Assembly: GCF_018977255.1 (NCBI RefSeq)
Contig: NW_024704743.1
Location: 124,001-188,000, forward strand
Length of the DNA: 64,000 nucleotides
Source: Callorhinchus milii
Lineage: Eukaryota
Direction: 5' to 3'
A program made the position numbers and the translations under genes. Shown in pieces: positions 22,660 to 37,300 of this stretch (its first letter is position 1; every line of letters starts with the position of its first letter). The notes under the pieces are model-generated. The model was given only the letters and a program-made list of their open reading frames with translations, was not told the origin of the DNA and ran no database searches.

Positions 22660-23967
22660 CAAGAAACTGCCCGGTTGGTTCACTGGATTAAGTGTGCAGG
22701 GATTCAGCAATGTGGAGGTTAATAATTCCGACCACGTGCTGGTATACTGACGATGAACTGGTTCTATTTGCTTTTGCTTTTAACTCTTCTCCCTTGCTGG
22801 TTCTCCTCTTACTGGTATCCACACAGAGATATAGTACGTGCTGTTACACCAGGACTAAGTATTTATAGCAGCCGCATGTGGAGCTGCTACTGCGAGCAGG
22901 GTTAAAACTTCTTTCAACACTTGGAAAGGACTGGGAATCGTGCAATTGACGAGAACGAGGGATGTTACATTCCAGGGAAATCCTAGGGATTCAAAGCCCG
23001 ACTGATTAATACGGTCTCTCACGGTGAAAGTAAGTTGAAGCTTATTTGCCTAAGTTTGTTCTACAGTAGTTTTGAAAGTTGTATTTTTTCTTAGTCTTTT
23101 TTTTTGTTTGCAATTGTTGTTTTCTGTCTGGTCCAAGGAGAGATGATGTAAAAAATAACATAGGAACAGACACACACACACACACAGAGCCACACACGCT
23201 CACACACACACACTCAGAGACACATAGACACACTGAGACGTGCACAGAGAGAAAATATTACAGGCACAGCCTTCCAAATAGGAGGCTATAAGTAACGGAG
23301 TCAGGCTTCACAAAATGTTCTCGACACATGGAGCAGTTTTGCCCACAAAACACTTAAATCAATCCACTTTACATTTTATCCTGTGAAGCACTTTGATTGA
23401 GACGTCTCAACGAGGTGATAAGGCGCTGTATCAAATACAAGGATTATTATTAATATATTTCAGTAACTATGGCAGTTCTGGTGACTTATTTTCAGGGCAA
23501 GCTTGCTTTGAGTAATACTTGATTTTCGATTTTTAACGTCGACACGTTTTGTAGGTGGGAAAAAAAATCTTTTAACTGTCGGCTAGCGCCATAAAATGAA
23601 AGTGATTTCGCCCACTAGATACGCAGCCAATATTGTCAGATTACAATATATTCTATGAAGCGCTTTGAAAGACCTCAATGACGGGTGTAAAATTCTCCAC
23701 ATGAACTGCTTTAAAAATAATAATAATAATCCTTGCATTTGATACAGAACCTTATCACATCTTCTAGATGTCTCAAAGCGATTCACAGAATATACTGTAA
23801 GACCTGTCTCAAGAATCTCCTCTTTGACCATGCCTTCGGACAGCTTCCTTACCCCCTTGGCCTCCACCCTCCCGGATCCGGACCCCCAGCTCGGGTCACT
23901 GACTGTCCAGCCCTTTGGGGCGTCCTCCCAATGTGAAAGGCGCTATACAAATGTAATTTTGCTGTTG

Positions 23968-24230
23968 TGTATTTTGTGGGCAAAACGCGGCAGCGAATTG
24001 CGCACAGCAGTGTCCCACAAAAAACTTGTTTGAGTGACCAAATCATGACTTTTTTTTTAAAAAGGGATTATTACCCGCGGAAAAAACGATCCGCCAATTG
24101 ACTAACAACCGGGTTCCTACTCACTCGTGTGGAGTAAGGAAACTTGCCTAAGGTTTCGCCCAGCCTGGCAATCAAACCCGGGTCTTCTTGCGTGTGAGTG
24201 AGTGCTCTAACCAATACTCTACAGGACTCC
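23968..24230 (-). mobile_element. tRNA-derived SINE, head and core; tail separated by an L2 fragment
   Basis: Consensus match; tail portion at about 23718-23800. Confidence 0.8.
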
Positions 24231-24681
24231 ACGAGCGAATGAAAGCGATTTGGAGTTTAGTGCGGAGGGGGGAAAGGAAGAGGAAGGAACAGGTCAAATC
24301 AAGGGAGTGAGAGTGAGCTGGTTTAAGGCCAAAAGAGAGGTTAAGGAATAAAGAGAGAACGATTCTGGTTGTTACAAGTCGCTGGGACCACGTTTTGGAA
24401 CTTGGAAATTTGGTCTCACTGTTGCAGAAAGTACTCAGCTACAACAATGTGCCTTTCACATAGGACCTTGAAATGTTTTATCGGGGTGGAATGCAACACA
24501 AAGCAGGGGGAAGGGAAGGGTGAAGGGGTTTTGAAAATGAGGAGGGAGAGGGCAAGCGGGAGATTTGGGGAGGGGGTGCCAGAGAGTGGGCTCAGAGCCA
24601 GGCCTCCAATGGAGGGGTGAGGGAGATGCAGTGGATCTGAGTTTGCAGAGCAAACGGAGTGAGCCAATTGGAAGGAGTGCA

Positions 24682-25145
24682 GCAACAACAACAACAACAA
24701 CAACAAATAACATTTGAATAGGGCCTTTCACGTTGGGGCGCTGCATAATCAGGGATTTGACCCGAGCTGGGGCTTGGGATCAGGAGGGGTGGAGGGCAGG
24801 GTGGGTAGAGGTAGGAGGGTGACCAAAGGTGCTGTCGAAGAAAAGGGTCTTGAGCCGGGCCTTGAAGGAGGCAACGGAGGACGTGAGTTGAAAGGACGGG
24901 GGATGGAATTCCAAAGGGTGGGACCAGAGAGGGCGAAGGCCGATCGCTGGTGGTGGGGTGGGCCGAGCGGGCCAGTGACCACTGAACGGAGGGAGAGGAC
25001 AAGTTGGTATGGGAGAAGTACGGAGGAGCAAGGCCGTGGAGGGCTTTGAAGGTGAGGATGAGGATTTTGTACTCTCCTCTGGGCGATAGGGAGTCATTGG
25101 AGTCGGGTGAGGGTCGGGGTGATGGTGTCATAGAGCCTGGTCCGG
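24682..25145 (-). mobile_element. L2 3' fragment
   Basis: YKILILTFKALHGLAP remnant; (TTG)n tail. Confidence 0.87.
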
Positions 25146-28100
25146 GCATTAGCACTTATCTGGTTCCTTTGCCTTTGACTTGGGATGAACAGCTCAAAGG
25201 GTTGCACAACTAACAACCGGGTTCCTACTTGCTGCGAGTTAAACAGAGGTGTGTGGAGTAAGGGAAGTTGCCTAAGATTTCGCCCTGCCCGGGAATCGAA
25301 CCCGGGTCCTCGCTTGCTTGCGAGGCAAGTTGCTCCAACCCACTAAGCTGTAGGACTCCACATTTGAAATGGGAACTTAAACCAAATTCCTGCCCTTCAA
25401 GGGGGGGTTAAGAATCCCATAATATGATTCTCACCGTGGTCCTGGCCGGCAATGCTCGGGCCAATTGGCTACTGAGAGACCTGACTGACCGCAGAATGGT
25501 TCCACGTTTCCCTACAAAGTGGTTCCGTTTAACAACTTGCATTTATATAATAATAATAATAATAATAATCCTTAGCGCCCTTCACGCGGGGCAGGGTTTC
25601 AGAGCGCTGGACAGTGACGGAGCACGAGGCCGAGGGAGGGAGGTGCACGGTTGAAAGCTCGGTCGACAGTGCGCTAATTAACACGGAGCGCTTCCAGACA
25701 CTCCGTGTGACAAGGCACGATTAAAAATGCAAGTTAATTCTTACTCTTTACTGAAACTAACTATGTTGCCAAAGGGGCCGTGTGAACCATCATCTAACTT
25801 GCTGAAGCGAGAGGGATTTGCAACAAAACATACACAGTACTGTACCGCGATTAACTGAGTTGGCGGTGTGACGAACCATAGGAAAGTGAAGCGGGAGCCA
25901 CGGATGGAATTGTCCTTGAGGACAATTGTGTGTCGTTTTCAGCAGAGAGGTCAAAATGGGAAGGTAAGAAGCGGTTGGTTGAAAACGCTGATAATATCGT
26001 GGCGTCGTGTAGTGGTTAGCGCGCTCGCCCAGCAAGCTGGGGGTCTGGGTTCGATTCCCGGATAGGGCGAAACCTTAGGCGAGTTTCCTTACTCCGCACA
26101 CACACACACACACACCTCTGTTTACCTAGGAGTAAGTAGGAAAACTTACTGTTCCTATTGCTGTTAGTCATTTGGCGGATTGTTTTCCGTGGTTAATAAC
26201 CTCTTTTAAAAAAATAATAATAACGGCAACAAGAAAATTACATTGGTAAAGCGGCTTTCCACGTCGGGAGGACTGCCCAAGGCGCTGGACTCGTAATTTG
26301 GTCGCTCAGTAATTTGGTCACTCAGTCCACGGCTGTTTGTGGGACACTGCTGTGCGCAATTGACGTCTTCGAGGCGTCTCAAGGCGCTTCACAGAATATA
26401 CTGTAAAGTGAATTGACTGTATATTTTGTGGGCGAAACACGGCAGCCACTTGCTGTCGCAAGATGGTCTTTTGAGGAAAGTTCAGAGGTGACCTGAGTGA
26501 GGCCTTCACAATTATGTAAGGTTATGGTGGGGGTGAACACACAACTACAACAACTTAACGTTTATAATAGCTCCCGTCCCCCCAGGTTTGCGTCCCAGAG
26601 CGCTTACATTTTGAACAGATTTTTTTTTTCCACCGGTCGGCAAGTCAGTGAGAAGAGGGCAGACCGTTACAATACACTCACAAAGAATCCAAAGAGATAC
26701 TGGGAAAAATGTCTTTACGCAGGTATCAGAAGTATATTTTTATTTGGCAGGCTTTTCCGCTGCCTCGCTCAGGAACTGGAGTAAAGATTGGCACAGAAGG
26801 TTGGCTCAATTCCTACAGTGTCGCTGTGTTCTGTTGCTGAACACGTCAACTTGCAGCCGTTTCAGAAAGCGGGAGAGTGGGGTTGAACTAAGTGGTAAAT
26901 TGGAGAAAAATACCCTCGCGGGCTTGATACAATACAAATCTACATTGACCCTATTTAGTGGCTTTCACGTTGCAAGGCTATCCCAAGGCGTTGCGATGGG
27001 CTGGACGGCCTCGTTCTGTGCTCCGGCCTTCCGATTCCCAGGTTAAAATATGTAGTGGTATTTGAAATGGATTTTTTTCCCCCGCCCGGCGTTTGCGAAA
27101 TGTTTGACTTTCACCAACCGGCAAATGGTGCATTGTCCAGGGAGACTTCTGGTTTCCTCCCACATCTCTGCCAATAGAGCCCTTTAGGGCAGGCATCGCC
27201 GGGCTTTTTACACACGAGAAGCTTGACGTGACCTTTCCTCTTATTTATCTGCTTTCTCCTTGTGAAGGGAGGAAGCACCTGGGCCCCATGTCTGAATCAA
27301 CTGGAAAGGCACAGTGTGTACAAGCGGAGTGGTGCGAACCCCACCCAGAGGCAGTAACAGCTGGGTTGCGGAGACACAGACCCGCTTAGATTTACTGCGA
27401 CCTCAAGCCCAACCTCAGACTCTCTGATTTTTGTTCTTCACATTTTCTTGCTCGTTTTTTTTGAAAAAATGTTGATCTTGGCTCCCATCGTCCCTTCAGA
27501 GGAAAGCCCTCCTGCTTAATAACGTGACGCAGAGTAGTTTCTGAAAAGGCAAGTGCAGTTCAGAGGGCTGAAAATCCTCCCCGTCTCCTTTGCCTGTAAT
27601 AAGACCACTTTCTCTTTAAAATTGTTGTTCGAATTGCGGAAATACTTAAATCCAAATTCAGTTCACTTAAATTTGTCTACCGGTCTCCTTTTAAAAACTG
27701 CGTAAAAATAAACAGTCACTCCCCTTTACAGTATACTCTGAGAATCCCTTTGAGACGTCTCAATGACGTGATAAGGCGCTGCATCAAATGGAAGGATTAT
27801 TATTATTATTACTAAAACACTGGGCTGTAACCGCAACTAATAATCCTTGCATTTGATGTAGCGACTTTCACATCAGGAGCATGTTTCAAAGCACTTCGCA
27901 GGTTATACCGCAAAATGTAGTGACTGTATTTTATAGGCGAATGTGGAAGGGTCACAGCAAGGAAGACTAAAAAGGATCGCCAAAATATTGACATTGATTG
28001 GCTGAAGTTACTGGCGTGCTTTGCAAAGCTAGAAAGGAACTGCCCTGTTTTCTTTCAGAAAGCAAATATATTTTTCTCGTACATATTTCTGTGTGTGTGT

Positions 28101-29433
28101 GTGTGTGTTTAGCTCTCTTTCTCTCCTTCTCTCACACTTTTTTACATATAAAACTGGCTCTTAGAATGAATTGGCGAACATTATTCCAGACTTTTTCAGC
28201 CAACTTGGGGCAATGGATTTTTGTAAGAGCAGATGATAAGAGTTGTTGCGGCGCGTGCTTGTGTTTGAGACAGCGACTAACCTTTCCTCTTTTCAAGGCG
28301 CTTTCCAGGGAATTTATGTAGCACGTCGCGGCTGTGTATTTGTAAATAAATGCCACCACCATTTTGCATAGTGCAAGTTGCTGTAAATACCCCTGAAGTG
28401 TTTTTTTTTTGCTCAGCCGGGTGTCTGACACACGCAGAAACCCATCACCGTGCTTCAGAGTATCCAAACCAAACTGAGGATTTCCTACTTCCCACCCACA
28501 CGAGGAAATCCCAGGGACAGGTTGTTGGAATGGAATGCGCTTCTTTCTCTCTCCCTGGAGGGACGCATTCTGCTTACCCAATTCCGGACAGTATTAGGCG
28601 CAGGTTGGTATGAGCAAAGGCTTGGGGGACCCAGAGTGTGCGTTGGGGTAACTGCTGGCGTCTAACCAGCTAAAAACTGCATAATTTGCCATTGTTATCG
28701 TTGTCTGGCAAGCTTTCTCGTTACCCATGAAGTGAATGAGCGATTTATCCGGAGGATTGTTGGAAATTCGCCTGATACTTGGCAGCCTTCCTCTGCTCAT
28801 TTGCAGTTCTTCCTATGCGCAAGTGAGCAGTCCTTAATATCCTCTGTATGTTGCTGCTATTGTTGATGCAAGTAAAAAGGGACTTAAAAAAAGATATTGA
28901 GAAGATTCCGTTATACAATGTAAACTTACATTCGTATCGCACCTTTCGCATCGTCGAAACGTCTCAAAGTGCTTCACAGAATGTATTGTGTTGATGAAAC
29001 CCGGCAGCCAGTTGCACACAGCAGTGTCCCACAAACAGTCGTGGATTGAGTGAGCAATTTTTTTTGAGGGATTATTACCCTAGAAAGCGATCCGCCAATC
29101 GAATAGCAACCGGGTTCCTACGTACATAGAAACAGGAGTAGGCCATTTAACCCTTTGAGCCTGTTCCGCCATTCTATAAGATCATGGCTGATCTGTATTT
29201 CAAGTCCAATTGCCCTGTGTCCCTTAATATTCACTGCTAGGTAAACATAGGGGTGTGGAGTAAGGAAACTTGCCTAAGATTTTGCCCTGCCCGGGATTCA
29301 AACCCGGGTCCTCTCGCTTGCGAGACGAGCGCTCTAACCACTATGATATGGGACTTCAGGCGAGACATGAACAAATGAGATCCCGTGGCACTATGGCACA
29401 CTGGCCCACAAAATACACAGTCAATCAATCCGC

Positions 29434-29715
29434 TTTACTCCACGCTCCTCTATTTGCCTAGCAGTGAGTAGAAAACTGGTTGTTAGTCAATTGGCAGAGC
29501 GCTTTCCAGAGGGTAATAATCCCTTCAAAATACAAATAATTACTGATAATTTGGTAGTTCAATCCACGACTTTGTGGGACGCTGCTGTGCCCAATTGGCT
29601 GCTGCATTTCGCCCACAAAATATACAGTTAATTCACTTTACAGTATATTCTGTGAAGCGCTTTGAGACGTCGAGAAGACTCGATAAGGCGCCATATCAGA
29701 TGCAAGGATTATTAT
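29434..29715 (+). mobile_element. tRNA-derived SINE, 5'-truncated
   Basis: Matches the in-window consensus. Confidence 0.85.
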
Positions 29716-30649
29716 GTTACGCACCAGATAGCAGATATCCAATAATCAGTAACCAAGGAAGTAAGGCCCATACAACGAACAAAAAACACGCACTCGCACA
29801 TGTTCTCTTACCATGTTACCAACAAACACACCACCAGGTTAAAGTGCACACGTGTACGCTGTGCAAATGTATTGAGATCACACACCCAGCGGCGGTGTCT
29901 ATTGCTCATTTTATATTTGCTATCAACAATGTAAATTCGCCTGTAAGTAATGGCTAACGTGGACTGGACAACCCTCTTGTAAATCGATTTATCACTATTC
30001 TCTCATTCACGCGCTCTCTCTCTCTCTCTCTCTCCAACCCCCCCAAACCCGCACCGCGCTGCTACTGTGAAGAAATGTGAAGTGTTTTTCTTCTATTTTC
30101 ATAGAATCTATGCAGCACATTCGGCCCTTCATTCCTGTGCCGGTTCTTTGAAAGAGCTACCGACTAGTCCCGCTCCCCCGCTCTTACCCCATAGCCCTGC
30201 ACATTTTTTCCTTTTTAAGTCTCTGTCCAATTTCCTTTTGAAAGCTACTATCACATCTTTCAGGCAGTGCATTTTCCTGTTCTACATTTACTTCCTCATC
30301 CAAATTTATTCCCAATAATTCAAAGAACCGGCTGTTCACTGCTTGTGCGGATTGAGTGCTCCGTTTGCCTGCGCAAAATTCACTTGATTTCTAGTCGTTT
30401 CGCTGACAATATACCCAGTCAGTGCAACAGCTTACTATAAATCTTATGAAATGCTCCGAGGCGTCTTCCCGACATGAGAAGCTCTGTAACAAATGCTATT
30501 ATTATTGTTTTAGTTGTAAAGTGCTTGGAGATGTTTTATTTTACGAAAATGATGCTGGATAAATGCAAGTTTTTTATGATGACTCAACAACAACTTAAAT
30601 TTATAGAGCACCCTCCACCCTGGATAGCATCGTGGAGCATATTATAATA

Positions 30650-30985
30650 AGCTTTGGAATTTATATAGCGCCTTATCACGTCGTGGAGAGGTCTCAAAGC
30701 CCATCGCAGAATATGTTGTAAAGTATAGTTACTGTATTTTGTGGGTGAAAGGTGGCAGCCAATTGCACACAGCAGTGTCCCACAAACAGTCGTGGATTGA
30801 GTGACCAAATTTTTTTGACGGATTATGGCCCTCAAAAGTGGCAGAAAATGATCTGCCAATCGACTAACAGCAGAGTTGCTACTTCCTGCTAGGTAAACAG
30901 AGGGGTGTGAAATAAGGTTTCGCCCTGCCCGGCTGGGAGTCGAACCCAGGTCCTTTCACTTGCGAGGTGAGCACTCTAACCACTA
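30650..30985 (-). mobile_element. tRNA-derived SINE
   Basis: Matches the in-window consensus. Confidence 0.85.
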
Positions 30986-31223
30986 CATCCGCCCACAAAT
31001 ATACGGTCAATTCAATTTACAGTCTATTCTGTGAAGCGCTTTGAGATGTTGAGAAGACGTGAAAAGCACTATATCAAATGCAAGGATTATTATTATCATC
31101 ACACTACATGACTCCGCTGTAATCCTGATTGTTACAGATCCTATTGATGTTGCCAAGACCACCCTGGTGCCCACCGTGCCCGGACCTGATTGTGTATTGG
31201 TCGCCATGTGACAGGACAGGACG

Positions 31224-31345
31224 ATGACCGTTACTGAAAGGCTACGTGAAAAGACATCCCAAGCCTTCTATAACCATGGGCTACTGTGTGCAACCTACCC
31301 CATCCCCATCATCCTCTTTACTGCCATCTGCATCTTGGCATGCTG
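31224..31345 (+). CDS. SCAP: SCAP coding exon 1 (exon starts at 31138 with 86 nt of 5'UTR)
   Basis: ttacag acceptor at 31137; [40 protein letters not shown]; gtaagt donor. Confidence 0.96.
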
Positions 31346-34300
31346 GTAAGTGGCAAACTAGAAAGCAAAGGAACAACTTGCTTTTTTTTAGCGCCTTATA
31401 ATACTAACAATAATCCTTAATAAATTTTAGCTGATTGGCAGATCACTTTTCCGGGGGTAATAATGCCTTAAAAAAACTAATAATAATAAATTAGTTCCAT
31501 CAATCCATGACTGTTTGTGGGACACTGCTGTGCGCAATTGGCTGTTGCGTTTCGTCCACAAAATATACAGTCATTTCACTTTACAGTATATCGCTTTGAG
31601 ATATCTCGAAGACGTGATAAGGTGCTATATCAAATGCAAGGATTATTATTATCCTTCCCTTCCCCACCCCAAGCTCGGTTCCCAGCCAGTTAAGTGCTTA
31701 TCAGTGCTTTGGGACATCCCTCCATCATGAAAGGTGCCATATAAATATAACTATGCATTCTAAAATATTTATCTAATTCATTTTGAAAAGCTAATTGTGC
31801 CTTAACCGCAGTTCTTGGTAGGGAATTCCACATCCTAACAATCCACTCTGTGTGCTTTTATATATAAAAAAANCCTCCTAGCCTCCCTTTGGCCTTTTGT
31901 GGTAATTTCCATACATTTTTTCCAGTTCAGTTTCTAACTCGTCAACCAGTGGAAATAATAATAATAATCCTCGCATTTGATACAGTGCCTTATCAAGTAA
32001 TTGAGACGTTTTAAAGCGCTTCACAAAATATGTTGTAAAGTGTATTGCCTGTGTATTTTGTAGGTGAAACGAGGCAGTCAATTGCGCACAGCAGTGTCCC
32101 ACAAACAGTCGTGGATTGAGTGACCAATTTTGTTTGAGGGATTGTCATCCCTTGAAAGCGATCCACCAATTGACTAACTACGCTACAGGACTCCACAATA
32201 ATTTTTGTGTGTGTGGGTGTTGACCCTGTAGGTTGAACAAGCCTCTGACATGAGCTGTTCAGGCTCCTCTATAAGAAAGACCACTTTGGGCAATGAGCAA
32301 GTTGTGCTGAATGTGAATTCAGTGCAGTGAGGACAGTATTTTTCTGTCCTGAAATGGTCCTTTACAATTGCAAACCTATGTCCTCTTGTGTTACTGTCTT
32401 GGTACATCCAGCGCCTTGGGACGTTCTCCCGACGTGAAAGGCGCCATACAAATGTAATCTTGTTGTTGTTGTTTTATAAAGGGTACGTGTGATTAGTTGA
32501 GCATTTTAATATATAACCTCTTTGTCTTTCTGCAGTTCCCGTGCAGGAACCGATTATGTGGCCATGTGTTAGTTTGCAAAAACAAGACTACTTTTGTGTG
32601 AATGGTTCACGTGACTCAGTGCTACTCAAACATAAGATTTGTCCAGCGTTTTTATCCCCCCTCTTCCCCCCCCCCACCCCCCCCGCCGCCGTACCTTGCA
32701 AGCAAGAGGACCTGGGTTCGATTACTGGGTAGGGTTAAACCGTAAGCCAAGTTTGCTTACTCTTGGTGAGTGCTCTAATCACTAAGCTGCAGGACTCTAA
32801 CCAGTGGAAGGAAGTACAATGTTACTGTTTATCCGCTTACATCCCTTCATAATATTGAAGACCTTCTTCAGGTCACCCATAAGCATTCTCAGTTCTTTGA
32901 ATACAGCTGTGTTTGTATGTTTTAAAACCCATTTCTGTCCTTGAGTCACCTTGAAGAACTTGAAGAAGCCAAAGAGACAGTTACTGTTGAGTCTAGACAG
33001 TAAGTGTATGGGCCAAGAGTTGATTGTGCAGTAACCCTATCAGCAATGTAGATTGTACAATGTAACAAGAGTTGATTATTATTCCTTAATAATAGTTCAG
33101 TGCAGTAAACTACTCCTGAGTAAAGTAGGAACAGGAGGAGGCCATTGAGCCCCTCGAGCCTGTTCCGTCATTCTATAAGATCACGGCTAATCTGTACCTC
33201 AACTCCATTCACCCGCCTTTGCCCCATATCCTTTGATCCCCCGACCTAACAAACAACTATCCAACTCAGTCTTGACAATGTGAATGGATCCAGCATCCAC
33301 AGGCTTTTGGGGGAGAGAGTTCCAGATTTCCACTGGCCTTTGGGTGAAAAACTGCCCCTGATTTCACTCCTAAATGGTCTGGCTCTAATCTTAAAATGAC
33401 GCCCCTTGTTCTGGATTCCCCACCAGAGGAAATAGTCTCTCTGTAGCTGCTGAATCCCTTTATCATTTCCTGTTCTGGATTGTCATCTATCCCTCCTGCC
33501 CCCCACACACCCACACACACACACATACACACACACAGAACCATAATGTTGCTGCTTATAATATGACTAGAGCATAAATTGAGGGGAAAAGCACATCTAT
33601 ATCTGCAGGAAAGCGAACAGTCTCTCCGGTTCACCCTTGTCAAATCTATTGCGACTTCTGTGTGTTGTACAGAAATGAAGAGGTTTCGTAACTAGTTGCA
33701 CTGCCTTCCCCTCCTGTTTGCTAATGGAAACTCAACCACAAGTGTAGTCTGATGTTGAAGAGTGCGTCTCTGATGCATTTCCCCCAGGGCCACTGGTGAC
33801 GAGAATATTTGAGCATATTTATGATTGCCCTACAAGTGGACAGATTATAGTTGGTGCACAAGTTGGTCTATTTTTTTCTGAGCATTCGTAAGAGAAATCA
33901 GATCAGCGTGTCAGATCTGTGACCGTTTTAAATGAGAAGCTGGTTTCCTCGCCTGCGGTCCTATTAGTCATATTAGTTAGAGCACTCGCCTTGTAAAGTA
34001 GAGGATCCGGGTTCAATTCCCGGTAGGGGAGGGGGCGAAACCTTAGGCAAGTTTCCTTATTCCACCCGCCTCTCTGTTTACCTAGTAGTAAGTTGGAACC
34101 CCAGTTGTTCGTCGATTGTCGGATCGCTTTCCGGGAGAAATAATCCCTTCAATAAAATAAATCATCATAATAATTTGGTCACTCAATCCACAACTGTTTG
34201 TAGGACACTGCTGTGTGCAATTGGCTGACAGGTTTCGCCCACAAAATAGTCATTCCACTTTACCGTATACTCTGTGAAGCGCTTTGAGATGACTCAACGA

Positions 34301-37300
34301 CGTGATAAGGCATTAAATCAAATGCAAGGATTATTACTATCATTATTATTTTATAGCTACTTGTATGATATTACTGTGTGCAAATTGGCTGGCAGAATCA
34401 CCTACAATATACACAGTCACTCCACTTAACAGTTTTGCAGTCCATGTTACAGCTTTGAGGCATGATAACGTATATCTATATCAAATAATCTATTGCTCAT
34501 AGACTTGGCTGCCACTGCAGTTCTGTTCTGGGGGTGTGCTTCAGTGGGGTGGGGGGGGAGGACTTGACTCCCTCCGCTCAGCAGGCTCCGGCCTTAGGTC
34601 TCTCTGCCCCCATCTTGCGTCCTTCAAGGCACATCTCAAGACCTTCCTCTTCAACCACGCCTTCGGTCGCCCCTCCTTCTCCAACCCTCCCCGCCCTCCA
34701 CCCCCTGATCCCAACCCCCGGCTCGGGTCCAAATCCCTGACTGTCCAGCGCCTTGGGACGTCCTCCCGACGTGAAAGCTCGCTGTGTAAATGGCATTTGT
34801 TGTTGTGCTGAGTGAGATTTCACTCCGCGGAGCATAATTGGAATTGGATGGAATGTGCGTGTGACCTGACTGATTGACGATTTTCAGATGTCACAAAAAT
34901 AAACACGAGGATTGAAAACAAAAGGCCTCTCGGCGTCGGATTAAATGGTTAGACTCGGAATGGGAAAGTACCCGCAATGTAAAAGCTTCTTTTCTCCCTC
35001 GTTTCCTAAGGTTAACATTCCTAAGATTTACTCGGCATTTTTAGGGCTAAAATAGGGTTATTTTATTGTTATTTTATTATTCCCCCACCCTCCCTGCCCT
35101 CCACTCCCCATGATCCCAACTCCCCAGCTCGGGTCCAAATCCCTGACTGTCCAGTACCTTGGAACGTCCTCCTGACATGAAAGGCACCGCATAAATGTAA
35201 TGTGTTGTTGTTATTTAGAACACTTAACATAAAAGACCCAATGTAATTATTAATTAAAAGACCCAATAATAATAATCCTTGCATTTGATATAGCGCCTCA
35301 TCGTGACTTTGAGAAGTCTCAAAGCGCTTTACAGGATATATTGTAAAGTGCAGTGACTGTGCCTTTTGTGGGTGAAACGCGGCAGCCAATTGCACACAGA
35401 GTGTCCCACAAACAGTCGTGGACCAAATCATTATCACAATTTTTTGAGGGATTATTACCCCTGACGAGCGATTGCGGCCAACAACCGGATTAATAATCCG
35501 TATCATTAATACTCTATTCTTGGGTGCTTTTCGGACAAAAGTTGTATTGTAAGGACTACTTCCCTTTAAGTATCAACTCCTGCCAGAGTGGAATTTGGTG
35601 CATTGCTGCTTTAGCCCTGAGAAAGCTTTGCAAAATGTGACAGAATGATGGAGAATTGTTGGCATGGATTTTTCTCTTCCGCCTGCCAAATGTCCTGAAA
35701 CCGGCTGTCCTCTCTGATTACTTTCCATTTTCATCTTAAAGGTGATTTACTGCGATGCTGAGATTGCGTGTTGAGTTTGAATGTACGTTTTAGGTAATAT
35801 TCCAGCTTCCGTCAGTTATACTGTAAAATGTGATGGTTAGAAAATTCTCCAACTCCTCCAGACGTGGATTGTTCGGAGCAGAGTTCCGTGAGTTGGAGAG
35901 TTATGTACTTCAGCTTATTGGAAGGAGATCCTATATGCACAAATTATGGTAAAACACCAGGTATTAAACACTTCCTTATTCAGAGGGTTTAATTCTTACT
36001 TGCTTGGAGTGCGAACCCTAACATTAACTTATCCCCCAAAAATCCAAAATGTTCCATTGTGGCTTTGAAACGCATTCTTAAAAATTTCTTCAAGTAAAAC
36101 TCTGGTCTGTGTAAATCGTGTAATCGATCAAGTGATAGATATTGTGGATAGATATTTGCTAGGTCAGGGTATTATAGAATAGCGAAACGGGCTCGAGGAA
36201 CTGATTGGTCTACTTCTGCTCCTATGTTTCTATCTGCTCAAGTCCCATTGAATTTCCTATTAAATCCACCGAAATGTTACCTGCTCTAGTCAAATTACCT
36301 CAATTTGGCTGAGAGAAATTTTACTGTGGAGTGCCGCAATCACAGTAAGGTTGCTACCGCACTTTCCACTACCACAGTTACCGTCTGCCGGGTCAAAAGT
36401 TTGTTTCATGTTCTTACGTGGTGTCCTGCAGCTGAGGTGTTAGAGCACTCGCTTCACTAGTGAGAGGACCTCGCCTTCGGACATCCTCCTAACCCTACCC
36501 TCCATCCCTCCTGATCCCAACCCCCCCCTCCCTCCCTCCCCCCAGCTCGGGTGCAAACCCGTGACTGTCCAGCGTCTTGGGAGGTTCTCCCAACGTAAAA
36601 GACCGTGTGTAAATGTAATGCGTTGCTGTTGTTATAGTGAGATCCACACTGCAGTATTTCAAAACTGCAAACCTGTGCTGTAGTGAATCAAAGAAATACA
36701 ATTTACATTGATTCCTACCCGGTTTGACTTTCATACCAGGAGGGTGTCCCCAAAGCGCTCGATAATGATAGGGACACGATCTGGGGTGGGAGCAAGAGGT
36801 GGGGGGGGGGGTGGGTGGAGAGAAAAGATGATCAACAGCGCTGTCAAAAGAGCTACGTTTGAGACATGCCATGAATGAGGGCGGGAGGGAGGGAGGGAGT
36901 CAGAGGGAATTTGTTGTGTTCTTGTTGTTGATTGTACTTGTGATTAGTTTGCACTCACTGTGGTTTGGTTTACTGTAGCTACCCCTTATTAAAGCTGCCG
37001 CTGCCTGGAACGGGACCTGTGGAGTATACAACACCTGTGAAGGACTATTCCGTGCCCCCACTGCACCCCACCTCAAAACAGGCCGACCAGGGTGATCGAC
37101 CCGACTGGGTAATTGCTAAATCTCGCACTCTGATCTCTCGCAAACCTGCGGAGTCCTGTAGGGTAGTGGTCAGCGCGCTCGTCTCACAAGCGAGAGGACC
37201 TGCGTTCGCTTCCCGTGCAGGGCGAGACCTTAGTCAAGTTTTCTTACTCCACACACACCTGTTTACCTAGCAGTAAGTAGGAACCTGTTTGTTAGTCGTA

